NCBI GenBank assembly: GCA_951406725.2
Contig: OX597814.1
Location: forward strand, 19,716,001-19,780,000
Length of the DNA: 64,000 bases
Direction of reading: 5' to 3'
DNA from: Octopus vulgaris
Lineage: Eukaryota
Part shown: positions 39,643 through 54,570 of the stretch, in pieces
How positions within the stretch are numbered: the first letter of the stretch is position 1
Layout of the letters: every line of letters begins with the position of its first letter
Notes under the pieces: model-generated
What the model saw: the letters and a program-made list of their open reading frames with translations, nothing else
Told to the model about the DNA's origin: nothing
Databases searched by the model: none
Translations under genes and position numbers: made by a program

Positions 39643-40620
39643 ATATATATGCATGTATGTATCCAAACAGGCGTGGCTGAATGGTAAGATGTTTGTTTCG
39701 CAGTCATATGGTTCCGGGTTCAACCCACTGAATGGCATCTTGGGTGTCTTCTACTATAACCTTGGACGGATCAAAGCCTTGTGTGTGGATTTAGTAGACA
39801 GAAACTATAAGAAGCTCATGGTGTATGTGTGTGTATCTTTGTGGGTGTTTGTACGTGTTTGTCCCCCAATACCACTTGACAACCGGTGTAGGCGTGTTTA
39901 CTTACATGTAACCCGGCGTTTCGGCTAAAGACACCGATAAAATAAGTCCTGGGGTCGATTCATTCGCCTAAAAATCCTTTTAGGCAGTGCCCCAGCATGG
40001 CTACAGTCGAATGGCTGGAGTAAATAAATGATAAAAAAAAAATAAAGACCCATCTCTCTTTTCTGCACCCATCGATCTACGTTTTCTTTCAACTATCCAT
40101 CAGTCAATTCGGCCATCATTCTTCAGTCCAACCATCCAGCCATTTATGACTCTGTCGACTTGACCAGCCTATAAACCATTCAAAGATAAACCCACCCATC
40201 CACCCATCCGACCAGTCAAGCACTCATTCATTCACCTACCTATCCTTTCAACCAGCTTTTCATCCAAACCAATTCTTATTCATTTTCATTCATTTCTTTA
40301 TTCATTCATTCACTCTTGCTTTCGTTCATTTTTACTTTTCGTTCTTTCATTTCCCCTCCTCTTTTCCTGCAGGTACTTGATAACACGATGATGCCAAAGT
40401 TTGTCCATTTTCAAGAGAAGTTGTTATTAGTTTAATTTTGAAGTCTTCTTTGGAAAGAAACAATGCAGTTATTAATAAAGAGTTTTGAAATAACTGCATG
40501 CTTGATTTCACAGCTCTAGCATCACTCCTTCATAGTCAGCCTAAGAACTTTTCAGCTCGCACTTGTTGCACACACAGAGCGAATAAATTAGACTGCTCGC
40601 GCGCGTGTGTATGTGGAAGG

Positions 40621-40681
<61 letters not shown>

Positions 40682-40911
40682 ACAGAGCGGCAGAAACAGA
40701 GAACATAGTACATGAATAGAGAGAGATACTAGTACAGACGAAGAGAAATGACACACACAAACAACTATGTCTGCATGAAAGTCCTTGATGTCTAAACCAT
40801 TTTTTTTTTTTGTTTTTTGGCAGGTACTTGATAACACCCATTTTCACGAGAAGTCCCTACTAGTTACTTTTGCAGTTTTCTTTGAACAGTCAGGCGTCAG
40901 TTTACCTGAAA

Positions 40912-41612
40912 ACTAGAAAAGCACTCGGAGAGCGCAGGCCTCCTCCGCCAAGCAGCTCATTTCCACCCATATACACGCATTCTGAAAATTGCCCAATTTC
41001 CGAAACCAGTGCCGACTTTTGTTTGGGAAATTCGGCAATATAACGTCCTTCGCGGGTTCAAAAAAAATAGCACAGCCATATGATTTTAAAAAAAAAAACC
41101 TTTAAAAACAGGAATCATCTGAAGCAGTTATAATAATACATCAATGACAACAGCAAGCTAGTTTCACAGCGGCGGTGAAGGGAGCAAAGCCTGAGATTTT
41201 TTATTCGATCCTAATAGTCAAGGTTTGTCATGTCATCCTCCGCAGACCTCCGCCGCGCAGTTCATTTTAAGATAGATACGCGAGTAAAATTACTAATAGA
41301 GAAACGAAAATAAACTTTGGAAACAGCAACGCCACCATAGTGGAAGCGATGAACGTGTTTTCAAGGGAGATAATCAAAAAGTGAAACGTTGTAATACTTC
41401 ACGTAAAGTAAATAACACATGAAAAATCCTTCAAGAATCCATAAAAATTCACGAATCACTACCAAAATGTCGTCATCTGTTCCTTGTGTCATTACCAACT
41501 TTTTCTGTAAGTTTCATCAAATACGATTCTTAACTTTGTGAGTTATTTTGCACACAGACGGACAAACCCACGTCGATGAAAACATAACCTCCTTCGTTGG
41601 CGAAGGCAATAA
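40912..41612 (-). mobile_element. Non-autonomous Helentron/Helitron2-like (HINE/DINE-type) element
   Basis: Minus-strand 5' ttattgccttcgccaacgaaggaggttatgtttt...gtccgtctgtgtg and 3' ggcggagg..gcgctctccgagtgcttttctagtt. It has subterminal inverted repeats and a T-rich target, and interrupts a duplicated segment. Confidence 0.65.
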
Positions 41613-41720
41613 ACAATGCAGTTATTATTAAGAAATTTTGAAATTACTGCATGCATGATTTCACAGCTCTAGTCTATTAACTTTTCAGCCCACACAGAGC
41701 GCGCGAATTAGTGTGCGTAA

Positions 41721-42112
41721 GGCGGCGAGCTGGCAGAAACGTTAGCACGCCGGGCGAAATGCGTAGCCGTATTTCGTCTGCCGTTGCGTTCTGAGTTCAA
41801 ATTCCGCAGAGGTCGACTTTGCCTTTCATCCTTTCGGGGTCGATTAAATAAATACCAGTTACGTACTGGGGTCGATATAACCGACTTAATCCGCTTGTCC
41901 TTGTTTGTTCTCTCTGTGTTTAGCCCCTTGTGGGCAGTAAAGAAATATGTATTTCGTCTATCGTTACGTACTGAGTTCAAATTCCGCCGTGGTCGACTTT
42001 GCCTTTCATCCTTTCGGGGGTCGATAAATTAAGTACCATTTGCGTACTGAGGTCGATCTAATCGACTGGCCTCCTTCCTAGAAATGTTGGGCCTTATGTC
42101 TAGAGTAGAAAA
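41721..42112 (+). mobile_element. SINE family A dimer
   Basis: Head plus duplicated core, same layout as 8689-9420. Confidence 0.85.
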
Positions 42113-42122
42113 TAATTTGTGC

Positions 42123-42168
<46 letters not shown>

Positions 42169-42171
42169 AAA

Positions 42172-42325
42172 TGAGCAAATCGAAAATCAAAGCACATGTT
42201 CATTAGCTTTCTTCGACAGCAGTGGAGTCATCCATAAAGAATTCGTGCCTCAAAGACAGGCGGTCAGTCAGCTTTTTTTTTACTGTGAAGCTCGTGAAAG
42301 GTTGCGGAAAAGAGTTGCTTGCGTG
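42172..42325 (+). mobile_element. Internal mariner fragment
   Basis: AFFDSSGVIHKEFVP...YCEARERLRKRV. Confidence 0.7.
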
Positions 42326-42458
42326 TACCACTAACAAGGAAAACAGATGATGGAAAATGAGGCGCTGCGTTGGAACTATGTTTGAAAGTGGTGAGTTTTT
42401 AGCGGGCCTATAGAGATTGTCAGGGTTTATTACTGGGGGAATAAACCAGTGTTCGTGT

Positions 42459-42548
<90 letters not shown>

Positions 42549-42549
<1 letters not shown>

Positions 42550-42826
42550 TGCTTCTTTATTGGCCACACAGAGCTGAACACAGAGGGGACAAAATACAAA
42601 GTAGAGCTTTTCTTTTTGGGAAGGAAAGAAAAAAAGAGTGGGGGAGGGGTAGAATTTCTATCAAAAGGGATCGTGGTAATAGAAGAAAAAAAACGATTAA
42701 TAAGGGTCGTGTATCACAGAAGTGTCATTGTGTAAAATGGGAAACATATTACGTTAATCCGTGGAAAGAAAAGTCTACGGTAAAGACCACGGTAACCTCG
42801 TGCAAAAAACACATTACACTAACTGA
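42549..42826 (-). mobile_element. Retroelement 3' UTR fragment inserted in (GATA)n
   Basis: Ends ...ggccAATAAAgaagcat-(atct)n on the minus strand, with (GATA)n on both sides. Confidence 0.55.
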
Positions 42827-42827
42827 C

Positions 42828-42914
<87 letters not shown>

Positions 42915-43448
42915 TTGGTAGAATAAATCATTATTTCAACCAGGATATTCTGGGTAGCTGTATTTACAAGATTTGTGTTTTTTTCATTTCAAGATTATAT
43001 ATACATATATATATGCGTAAATGTATTTATGTGCACATACACATATATATATATTTCAATATGTACATGCGCACAAATAAACTCATGCTCAAATGCACAC
43101 ATGCACAGAGACGCACACACACACACACACACACACGCACATACACACAAATAAACAAACAAACAAACGGACAAACAAAACACACACACAGAGATTAAAT
43201 CGTGCCGGAGGCACCCTTGCCTTTCATCTTCTTGCGATCGATAAAAAGAAAAAAAAAACATATCAACCTTGAAACTTTGACAGCGGATTGGTAGAACTGT
43301 TCGAGAGTCAAGCAAGATGCCAGATCTAACAAATCACGCCCTTTTGTCTGATACAATGCGCTTTATAAATTGTGAATATTAGATGATCAAAACTAATTTT
43401 GATCCGAATTAACAATTGTATAATCAGCACCATAATTAGCAAAAATTC

Positions 43449-44101
<653 letters not shown>

Positions 44102-44104
<3 letters not shown>

Positions 44105-44975
44105 GTGGTCTGATCAATAAGTATCCGGACTATTGCCGTTGTAACGAAGCTAAAGAACGCAGAGTAAAGCTGCTTGGCACATATTGACCTTGAGCACTGC
44201 TTTGTAGGTGCACTAAATTTTAACGTTTTACCTCACTTACACCGTTTACAGCAGTGCTTGGATGCTTCGAAGTAACGTGTGTAGCGTGTGTTCGACACAT
44301 TGACCATGACAGCGAAGGTTGAGCAGATAATCTGCATCAAATTTTGCCAAATGCTTGGCGCTACCTTCTCAAAGGCGTACGCAATGTTTTCAAGAAGTTT
44401 TCATCGTTCTTGATACGATGAAGCTTTTGTGCAACAGAAACTTCGAGCATCATTTTGGTCAGCTGAAAGCAGTTTTAGCACAAAATTGGAAGATCGTGTC
44501 GCACACAAGTCTTCAGTGAACTGAACCATAACTAATCTGAACATCCTCTGATAATTCACGGACAGAGATTCGACGAATTCCCCTCACAGCTGCACGAATA
44601 TATGCGATGTTTTTTTTTCTCAATTCTGCTGGTTGCAGAACTGACTCAGAACGTTCATCACTATCGACATTTTTTTCGGCCATCTTGTAAACGTCTGAAT
44701 CACTCGTACACTTGTGTGCGGCTCATACGCTCCTCTCCATACATATTCTCCGACTTTGCGTAGGCTTCTGAGCAGGTATCATCATGACAACGATCACACG
44801 TTACACACTTTATTTCCAAGCACTGATGTAAACAACAGAAATGACCTAGAACGTGAAGACTCAGTGCACATGCACAGCAAATGTCATGGTCAATCTGTAA
44901 CAAGCGGCTTCACTCTGCGTGCTTTAGCTTCGTTACTATGGCAACAGAACGGATATTTATTGATCAGAGATTGTC
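44102..44975. mobile_element. Mariner-derived fold-back element built from two 5' ends
   Basis: Both ends read tctgatcaataa(g/a)tatccg...gtaacgaagctaaag..cgcagagt. Inverted homology extends about 280 bp into transposase N-terminal coding sequence. Confidence 0.75.
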
Positions 44976-45000
44976 TGTGTGTGTGTATATATATATATAT

Positions 45001-45752
45001 AAACTTAGATAAACTTAGATATGTTTCGACCAAAGATTGGTTCAGGCCATGTCCAACTTAATAGCACCACCTGATAGGATTATTCGAATCCTGTTTAAGT
45101 CAAGTTTTGTTCAAGTAGTGAGTTCTTGTTGGGTGAGTTGTATCCAATTATGGGTGGCTTATCTGGTATTCTTTGAAGGAATCTATCCAGACTCCGTTTA
45201 AAATGGATGGGATCCTTTTTCTCTTTGATCTCCCACGGGACAATGTTAAACAGGCAGGGCCTGTTGAGGAAAAGAAATTGTGTTGCAGTGTACATGTATA
45301 TTGTGATCTTGAATTGGGCAGAGGACGTATGGCCCGTGGTCCCAGTCTTGGATGAACCTTGAAGCTAATGTTAAGGTCGTTTGGGCAAAGTCGGCGGTAT
45401 ATTCTCCACATCGTACAAATAATGTACCGCTCACGGCGACGCTGGAGAGAGTAAAGTTTCAAGGCTTTAAGGCGATCCCAATAATCGAGAGCAGCCATGC
45501 CTTCAATTCGTTTAGTGAGTGCCCTCTGGGGTGACTCAATTCTGGAGATGTTTTGTCTTGTATGGGGAGACCACAGTGGGCAGCAGTATTCAAGGTGTGG
45601 CCGTACAAAGGAGGAAAAAAGTGGTATGATGACACCTTGTTCTCTGGACCGGAAAGTTCTTAAGATCCAGGAACTCATCCTACGAGCTATATCGACCTTC
45701 TTGTTGATGTGTGCACTCCAACTGAGATCGTCATCAACAATTACACCCAGGT

Positions 45753-45758
<6 letters not shown>
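45001..45758 (-). mobile_element. CR1-group LINE 3' fragment
   Basis: IRDLGVIVDDDLSW...WILRTF...VRPHLEYCCPLWSPH...LKLYSLQRRRERY, with a frameshift near 45235. 3' tail is (atctaagttt)2; 5' truncation is at (TA)n. Confidence 0.9.
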
Positions 45759-45829
<71 letters not shown>

Positions 45830-45844
45830 AAATATATATATATA

Positions 45845-46120
45845 TCAATTAAAATTAAGGATGAATCTATATAGGATTTTATCAAGTAGCTAGCGTGTAA
45901 AAACCAATTTAGGTAAAAATGAATACAAAGTATATAATTTTATAAATATAATTATAAACTTATAGTAAGGGCAATTACGAGGTAATGCCAAACGTTAGAA
46001 GAAGACGCCAAATGGTTCATATATACACAGCGCGTGTGTATATGTAATAAAGCGCGTGGCATTACATCGTAATTGCCCTTATAATTTTATAATTGTATCT
46101 ATAAAACTATATACTTTGTT
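45845..46120. repeat. Degenerate fold-back element in (TA)n
   Basis: Arms acaaagtatata..taagggcaattacga.gtaatgcca (45925-45990) / tggcattac.tcgtaattgccctta..tatatactttgt (46057-46119), plus a tail. Confidence 0.7.
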
Positions 46121-46129
46121 TGTATATAT

Positions 46130-46243
<114 letters not shown>

Positions 46244-46400
46244 GACGGGCTTCTTTCAGTTTTCCTCTACCGTATCCACTCATACAGCTTTAGTCAGCCC
46301 GAGACTATAGTAGAAAACGCTTGCCCAAGGTGCCACGCATTGCGACTGAACCCGGAACCATGTGGTTGATAAACAAGTTACTTACCACACAGCTACTCCT

Positions 46401-46470
<70 letters not shown>

Positions 46471-46622
46471 CAGTACTTGGAGAAGAAGAACAGAACGAAA
46501 CGAACGAATCGAATCGAATCGACGCGAGGGCGCTGTCATACAATAGTGTAATAAATAAAATATATGCATACATACATACATATATATACGTGAGTTCAGG
46601 ACACCACAAATAGACGTAGAAC

Positions 46623-46722
46623 NNNNNNNNNNNNNNNNNNNNNNNNNNNNNNNNNNNNNNNNNNNNNNNNNNNNNNNNNNNNNNNNNNNNNNNNNNNNNN
46701 NNNNNNNNNNNNNNNNNNNNNN
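46623..46722. other. 100-N assembly gap with duplicated flanks
   Basis: 46265-46622 is repeated at 46723-47080. Confidence 0.95.
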
Positions 46723-46858
46723 CTCTACCGTATCCACTCATACAGCTTTAGTCAGCCCGAGACTATAGTAGAAAACGCTTGCCCAAGGTGCCACGCATTG
46801 CGACTGAACCCGGAACCATGTGGTTGATAAACAAGTTACTTACCACACAGCTACTCCT

Positions 46859-46928
<70 letters not shown>

Positions 46929-47367
46929 CAGTACTTGGAGAAGAAGAACAGAACGAAACGAACGAATCGAATCGAATCGACGCGAGGGCGCTGTCATACA
47001 ATAGTGTAATAAATAAAATATATGCATACATACATACATATATATACGTGAGTTCAGGACACCACAAATAGACGTAGAACTCAACGAGAAACGAAAACGG
47101 AAAAACAAGCATGGAACAAACCATTTTTTTACAACAGAAAAACAGAGTACAAGACAAACTACACAAGGAAAAATCTCCTTCATCAGCTGTCCCTAGTTCA
47201 ATGAAAAATTTCCCAACTTCCATGGGTTCATCTTAAATTTCGAAGGTAGGACAGAACACGACTCGTCAAACTAATCCTTCCTGCGAGAGAATTAAATAAA
47301 ATTACTTCGCAGAGGGGTAAAAACAAAGAAAGAAAAAATTTTTTTTCTTTTTTCTTTTGCCCTTACT

Positions 47368-47430
<63 letters not shown>

Positions 47431-47772
47431 TACTAGGTAAGATCTACAAAAATGTACTCCATCTAGTAACAGATAAATCATTTAATGTACGCATTATAAA
47501 GATGAGAGCTACTAACAGCTTCTGGTTTTGGAAGAACCTGTCTCTACCAAATCCACTGAAAGGCTTTGATCGACCGAGGCCATAGTAGAAGACACTTTCA
47601 GAAGGTGCCACGCAGTGGGGCCGAGCCCGCGACTATGTGGTTAGTAAGCAAGTGACTTACCACAAAGCCACTCCTGCGCCTATATACATGTATTTAAAAT
47701 ACATGTATTTAAACATATGATTGATTGATTCTAGTTTCAGCTCACGAGCTGTGGCCGTGCTGGGGCACATAG

Positions 47773-47833
<61 letters not shown>

Positions 47834-48217
47834 TGTGTGTATGTAAGTATACACACTCACCACACACACACAAACAAACACATACACATACGCATATACG
47901 TGTGTGCTTGCTGTGAAAAACGGAGGGACGGTATGCATGCATGTGTGTGTGTGTGTGTGTGTGTCTGTCTGTCTCTTTGTCTGTCTGTCTGTCTGTATTC
48001 GTATATACGCCTGACTAATAACTGTATAAACTATGTGTATTATAAACACGTTTCTAATATAAAAATATTTTCTATTCAATCATCAAACTTTTGTCATTTC
48101 TCTTTTGTCATCTCCCTCACTCACACACATACACACACACACACACACTCTCTCCTTCCTGCTCTCTCTCTCTCTCCTCCACGCTCACTCTCTCCCTCCC
48201 GCTCTTTCTCCCTCCCG

Positions 48218-48249
<32 letters not shown>

Positions 48250-48407
48250 CTCTATCTATCTATCTGTCTCTCTGTCTGTCTTTCTCTATCTTTCGGTCTC
48301 TATATATGTATGTTTATGTAAATTTATGCATACAGGTATGGATATGTATACACACACACACACACAAACACATAGATATATATATATATATCTTCCACTT
48401 CCCTCTT

Positions 48408-48457
<50 letters not shown>

Positions 48458-48878
48458 TGAATGCTAAGACTTTCTCTCATTGTAACTTTCATCTTTATAT
48501 GCTAATTTATAATTCTCTTTTTCATTTTGTTGTTTAATTTATTTCCTGCTTCGCATTTAATACATACATACATAGTCACACACACACATACACACATACA
48601 TACATACATACATACATACATACATGCATACATACACACACACATACATACATACATACATACATACATACATACATACATACATACATACATACATACA
48701 TACATACATACATACATACATACATACATACATACATACATACATACATACATACATACATACATACATACATACATACATACATACATACATACGTACA
48801 TACATACATACACACATACATACATACATACATACATACACACATACATACATACATACACATACATACATACATACA

Positions 48879-48912
<34 letters not shown>

Positions 48913-48953
48913 CATACACACACACATACATACATACATACATACACACATAC

Positions 48954-48984
<31 letters not shown>

Positions 48985-49562
48985 CATGTACATATGCATG
49001 CACGTGTGTATGTATATGCATCAATGTTTGCATATATACGTGTTTATATGAATGTGCACATGTGTGTACGTTGGGCGTTTTCTAGTTTGAAGCGTTTTCT
49101 CCTCAGCATAAAACGTCTTCGCTGGAAGATGCTTCGTTGGAATATGCAGCTTTTTTTTTGTATTTTACGTGGTGGGATTAAATGAAAGGAGAAAAAAAGT
49201 GATTGTGAAAAAGTGTAGTTTATTTATTTGCTTATTTATCGCAAGAACCATCTTCGGAGGAAAGTGTTTATTACTTTGTATTTTGAATAGAAATGTAAAA
49301 AAAAATTGAGAGGGACGCACACACATGCACAAACACATACACACGCATGCACAGATGCATATATATTTATACTTATACTAATATGTATTATATGCACGTC
49401 AATACATATATATGTATATACATGCATATATATTGACATATATATAATACATATATGTGTGTGTGTTTATGTATTTATATATATGCATATATGTAAACAT
49501 ATGCATATGTATATATATATATGTGTGTGTGTGTGTGTATGTCTATATATACATACGCATAA

Positions 49563-49711
<149 letters not shown>

Positions 49712-50354
49712 TAAAGATATATGTATATGAATATATATATTAATATTTACATATATATAGAGAGAGATATGTACACACGCACGTATATATCTAAATGTAT
49801 GGATTTGCATACATATACATGTGTGTGTGTATAAGTGTATATATGCGTGTGTGTGTGTGTGTGTGTGTGTGTACGTACATATACGACTCTTAGGCATCAT
49901 AAACATTCATAATGTTCATTTCAAATGATGTATAGACGTATATGTGTGTGTGTATGTGTGTGAGCATGTGCGCGAGCGTGCGTGCGCGTCTGTGTGTGTG
50001 TGTTTTGTATTAAGAATTTATAATGATTTCGAAGGCTCTGCTTTGCTGTTGTGCAAGACGATGTAATGAAAGTAAATATGTGGCGATTATTCCGATTTAA
50101 CTATTGAAACATAAACAAAAATAGATGCAAATGCCTTTTTTAAATAAATGTTTTACAAGATATATTTATGCATATGCGCATGTGTGCAAAATGCATAAAT
50201 ATTTGTCTGCAATAAAAATCGAAATATTAAACAAGCTGTTTATTGAATATTCAAATAAAAGTATGAAACGTAAATATGAAGGATTTCTGTCCGGCTTGAG
50301 GAAAGTTATGTTGTGTTTAATAAATAAACCATCAATCAAAGGGATAATGCTCTG

Positions 50355-50416
<62 letters not shown>

Positions 50417-50505
50417 CAAACACATACAGACAGACACACACACACACACAAACACACACATATATATATATATATATACACGCATATATATACAAACATA
50501 TAATA

Positions 50506-50593
<88 letters not shown>

Positions 50594-50800
50594 GACAAAT
50601 ACATAACAAAAACACCAGGACTTACAAACACATATAACATACAGAAAATTGCACTACTAGGCACTACACACATCCTACGCAGAACACTTTCCATACAATA
50701 ACCATCAGAGCATCACAACAAATCACAGCACATACCCAAGGCACACAGAGCTGCGCTCGGTAGTGAAGTGAAAGCACGCTATAAAAAATAAAACTACTGA
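50594..50800 (+). mobile_element. R4/Dong-like 3' terminal fragment inside (AAT)n
   Basis: DKYITKTPGLTNTYNIQKIALLGTTHILRRTLSIQ* is homologous to ..IPGLPSLQEVQKIVLTGTSHVLRRALSM* of the 24745-25229 element. Confidence 0.8.
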
Positions 50801-50821
50801 ATAATAATAATAATAATAATG

Positions 50822-50891
<70 letters not shown>

Positions 50892-51135
50892 GGAATATTC
50901 CAAACTTACAGGGAAAAATTCAATTTAGTATTTCGTTTTTGGATTTAGTTTACAAGATTCTTTATATGAGTTCGTGTGTTGATGCATATTCTGTTGTGTC
51001 TGGGGAGAGTCATTTTCTTTTTGTGCCTTATAATGTAACACACTCACCGGTAAAATTTTAGGAAAATAAAAATAAGAAATAAGTTCAATTTAGTAAATAT
51101 AGTAAAAATATTGTAAAAAGTAAGCAACGTTTTGG

Positions 51136-51190
51136 AACATGAAGAATTTGTACCGGATTTTTGAAAATATAGCCACGAAACACGTGTAGT
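51136..51190 (+). ncRNA. Degenerate hammerhead motif in pLTR remnant
   Basis: ATGAAGA...GAAA-CACGTG-T-A-GT. C3 is mutated and stem II decayed. Confidence 0.4.
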
Positions 51191-51384
51191 CTTTTTACCA
51201 ATTATATACTATTTATTTATTATTTTGTATTATTTACTTAATTATTGGTATATGTTTTATCGTATATTTAATTTTTTTTCTATATGGTATAATTTAATTA
51301 TATCAATATTATTTCATTGTTGAATTGCTACTTGGTGGTCCTTCTCTAATTTATATACTTATACATACACACACACACACACAC

Positions 51385-51440
<56 letters not shown>

Positions 51441-51780
51441 GTGTGTGTGTGTGTGTGTGCGTGTGTAAAATTGTTTGCTTCTTTGTTTTAAGACCACAGG
51501 ACCATACTGGAGCTCTGCCTTCAAGCATTTTAGTTATGCAAATCGAACCTAGTACTTCTTGCGTTTTCTTTTTGAAGTGCTGTACCTATTCAATGGGTTT
51601 CTTTAGCTGACTGCTTGCTTACAAGGACGTAAACAAACCAACGCTGGTTTTCAAACGGTGATTACAAACACAGAGAAAAACATGCACACACATACACACA
51701 CACATACACACATGTATCAGGCAGACTACCACAGAGTCTACTAAATTCACTCACAAGGTATTGATATATTGTATTATATT

Positions 51781-53050
51781 ATCAGACTGAGTAAAAAAGT
51801 AAGCAACGTTCTGAAAGATAAAATTCATCACAATATATTTCAACAATGCGGAAATTTTATTCATCAAAGTACTATTACAATCAACACATTTTTGCCAACG
51901 AGTTACAAGTTTGTTTATTCTGGTAACATTAAAATCTGGAGTTCTGGAGCTGATGAACTCTTTGAACGCACTTTCAGCATCGGTTTGATTTTTGAATTCC
52001 TTCTTTCGCGGGAAATCATTAAGGTGCTTGAAAAAGTGGTAGTCATTAGGATAAAGGTTTGGACAATAAACTGAGTGGGGAAGAACTTCGTAACCAAGTT
52101 CCGTCAACTTCTGGAGTCATCATTAGATATCTTTATATATAAAAGTGAAGTTGTGTGTCTGTCTCCTACGATTTAGATTCCTAACTACTCCCACATTTTG
52201 CGGTGCAGTTTAACCAAAACCGGGTATCTTATAGTCGTGATTCATATCGAGCCCTTCTGGGTATTAGCGCGCGTCTACGATGAGTCTACGATTTTAAAAA
52301 TAATTTACCATGATTTTTTCCATTTTATTGCATTTTCGCTATTATATAAGGGAAGTAACTCTCTAAAAATGTCTACGGTGAGTCAACGATTTAAAAAAGA
52401 ATTTACCATCATTTTTTTCCATTTTTAATCCATTTTTTTTGCTATTTTTTGGCTATAACTCTCTAAAAATGCTTATATAGTTATTTCCCTTACAAACCCG
52501 AGCAACGCCGGGCGATACTGCTAGTAATATATATTATACTATATATATATTGGTGGCCGAGCATTGTCATGAAGAATGATTGGCCCTCTTCTCTTGACCA
52601 GTTTTTCGTTCATTTTGGCAATTTCATGGCAATATGTTTCTGCAGTAATGGTTTTTCCGGGTTTAAGAAGTTATAGTGGATGAGTCCAGCAGTACAACAC
52701 CACCAAACAGTCACCATTACCTTCTTTTTGAAGAACTAGGGTTTAGGGAAGGTTTTCGGTGCTTCATTTTGGTCCAACCACTGTGAAGAATGTTTTTCGT
52801 TATTGTACAGAATCCACTTTTCATCGCAAGTTGCAATACAGTCGAGAAATGGATCTGTCTAGTTAGAGAAAGGAAGTGATGAGCAAATTTCATATCTGTG
52901 CATTTTCTGACTTTCATTTAAGTCGTGTGGTACCCATTTGTCGAGCTTTTTTGACATTCGCCACAGAAACCGGGAAACCGGGCCCATGAGCCTGGCTAGG
53001 CTTGAAAAGGGCGGAAAGAAGAAGAAGCATTCATAACTTTTTCAATGGCG
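51781..53050 (-). mobile_element. Degenerate mariner interrupted by a Helitron
   Basis: ATCDEKWILY, IILHDNARP, LGYEVLPHSVYCPNLYPNDYHFFKHL...INKLVTRWQKCVD; TIR-like end at 51781. Confidence 0.85.
52130..52524 (+). mobile_element. Non-autonomous Helitron (395 bp)
   Basis: A|TC 5' end, 3' hairpin CCCG-AGCAACGC-CGGG, CTAG|T end, no TSD, and an internal direct repeat. Confidence 0.85.
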
Positions 53051-54151
53051 TTTATTTCAGAACAGATGTAAACAGAGTTTTGTAGTTTGTTTACTAAGAG
53101 CACAGAACTTCGCTGTTCTTCGGGGATGCAAGAAAGCTACTATCTCTTCTACAAGGCTCACTCGTTTTTGTTGGCTTGTATGAAAGCGCGCGGCTTAGTG
53201 GTTAGGCGTATTCGGATCGCGATCGTGATGTGTCCTCAAGCAAAATACTTTATTTCACGCTGCTCCAGAACACTACGATGGCAAAAATGATTAGTACTTC
53301 ATATATTTAAAAGGGCCAGCCTTGTCACATTCTGTTTCACATTGAATCTCCCTGAGAACTGCGTTAAGAGTACGCATATGGAGTTCTCAGTCGCTTGCAC
53401 GTTAGTTTCACGAACAAGCTGTTCCGTTGATCAGATCAACTGAAACGCTCGTCGTCGTAACCGACGGAGTGCCATTTAGTTGGCCTATAGTAATTCTTTA
53501 TTTAACGACTTGTCTCAATTGAATAAAGTGGCCATCAACAGTTTCTCGTCAGAAAGACGTTGGCATCAGAAAGTTTGCTGCATCGAAAGTTGCCAAAGAA
53601 TAAGTCACCCCTGGACAACGGCCAAAATGCTAATCACCAATACTTTAGGAATTTATATTACTGTACTGTTGCCATGCTCAGTATACTTTCCAAACTCTTC
53701 CGTTGTTGGCTGCCAGTAAACATTTTAGCTAAATGACCAAATTCATCTGTAATCTGCATTAGCGCTGTCTGTCTGCTTTACAATGGTTGTTACTGAATAT
53801 CTTTTGCCCCTCTCACACACAATTACTAAATGTGCGCGCGTGTGTGCGTGTCAGCGTGCGTAAGTGACTGTGGCTTTCTCATGTTTATTATAAACAGGGG
53901 CTACTTCTACGAATCACTGTTTCATTTAATTTGCCTTTTGTTGACAGTATGCATGTGACTTTGGAAGAATAAAAAATATGTATTCATGCTAGTATCTGCA
54001 TTGCATGTGTATATGGGTATATGTGCTTGATTGAACGTCTCTCCCTCTCCCTTTCTCTCTCCTTATATATATATAGAGTACATTTAAACACATAAGGAAT
54101 CCACTCGTGGAATTCAACACGTTAGAAAGAACAGCTAGGTTCCATAACCAC

Positions 54152-54195
<44 letters not shown>

Positions 54196-54570
54196 CATAA
54201 GGGACTAAAGCCATCTGAATATGGCTAGGGACAGGGCAGGGTGGTGGGGGTGTTACTGTTGCATTTAGCCCCAGGCGAACATCGACGTCACCAGAAAGGC
54301 TCGACACCGTCACGGTGCCCTAAACCTGCAAAGGGAGGTAATTCCCCGATGAAGCGGAAACCACACACCACCCCCACCACCCTGCCCTGTCCCTAGCCAT
54401 ATTCAGATGGCTTTAGTCCCTTATGTTATCGAGCAGTTACTGTCTATATCCCTTTTAGAGAATTATTATTGCTTTCGAACAGATTTTCGAAATCAGCAAA
54501 TGTATTTTGCTTGAAAATCTATATAAGAAATCCTGCATAGTGAGAATTCGTCGAGGAAGCGGAGGCCTAC

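Noticed and set aside
46265-47080. 358-bp direct duplication
   Set aside because: The copies flank a 100-N gap and are identical, typical of an unmerged contig overlap.
47165-47192. Minus-strand CTGATGA-AGGA-GATTTT-TCCT
   Set aside because: No GAAA or stem III follows; at best a half motif.
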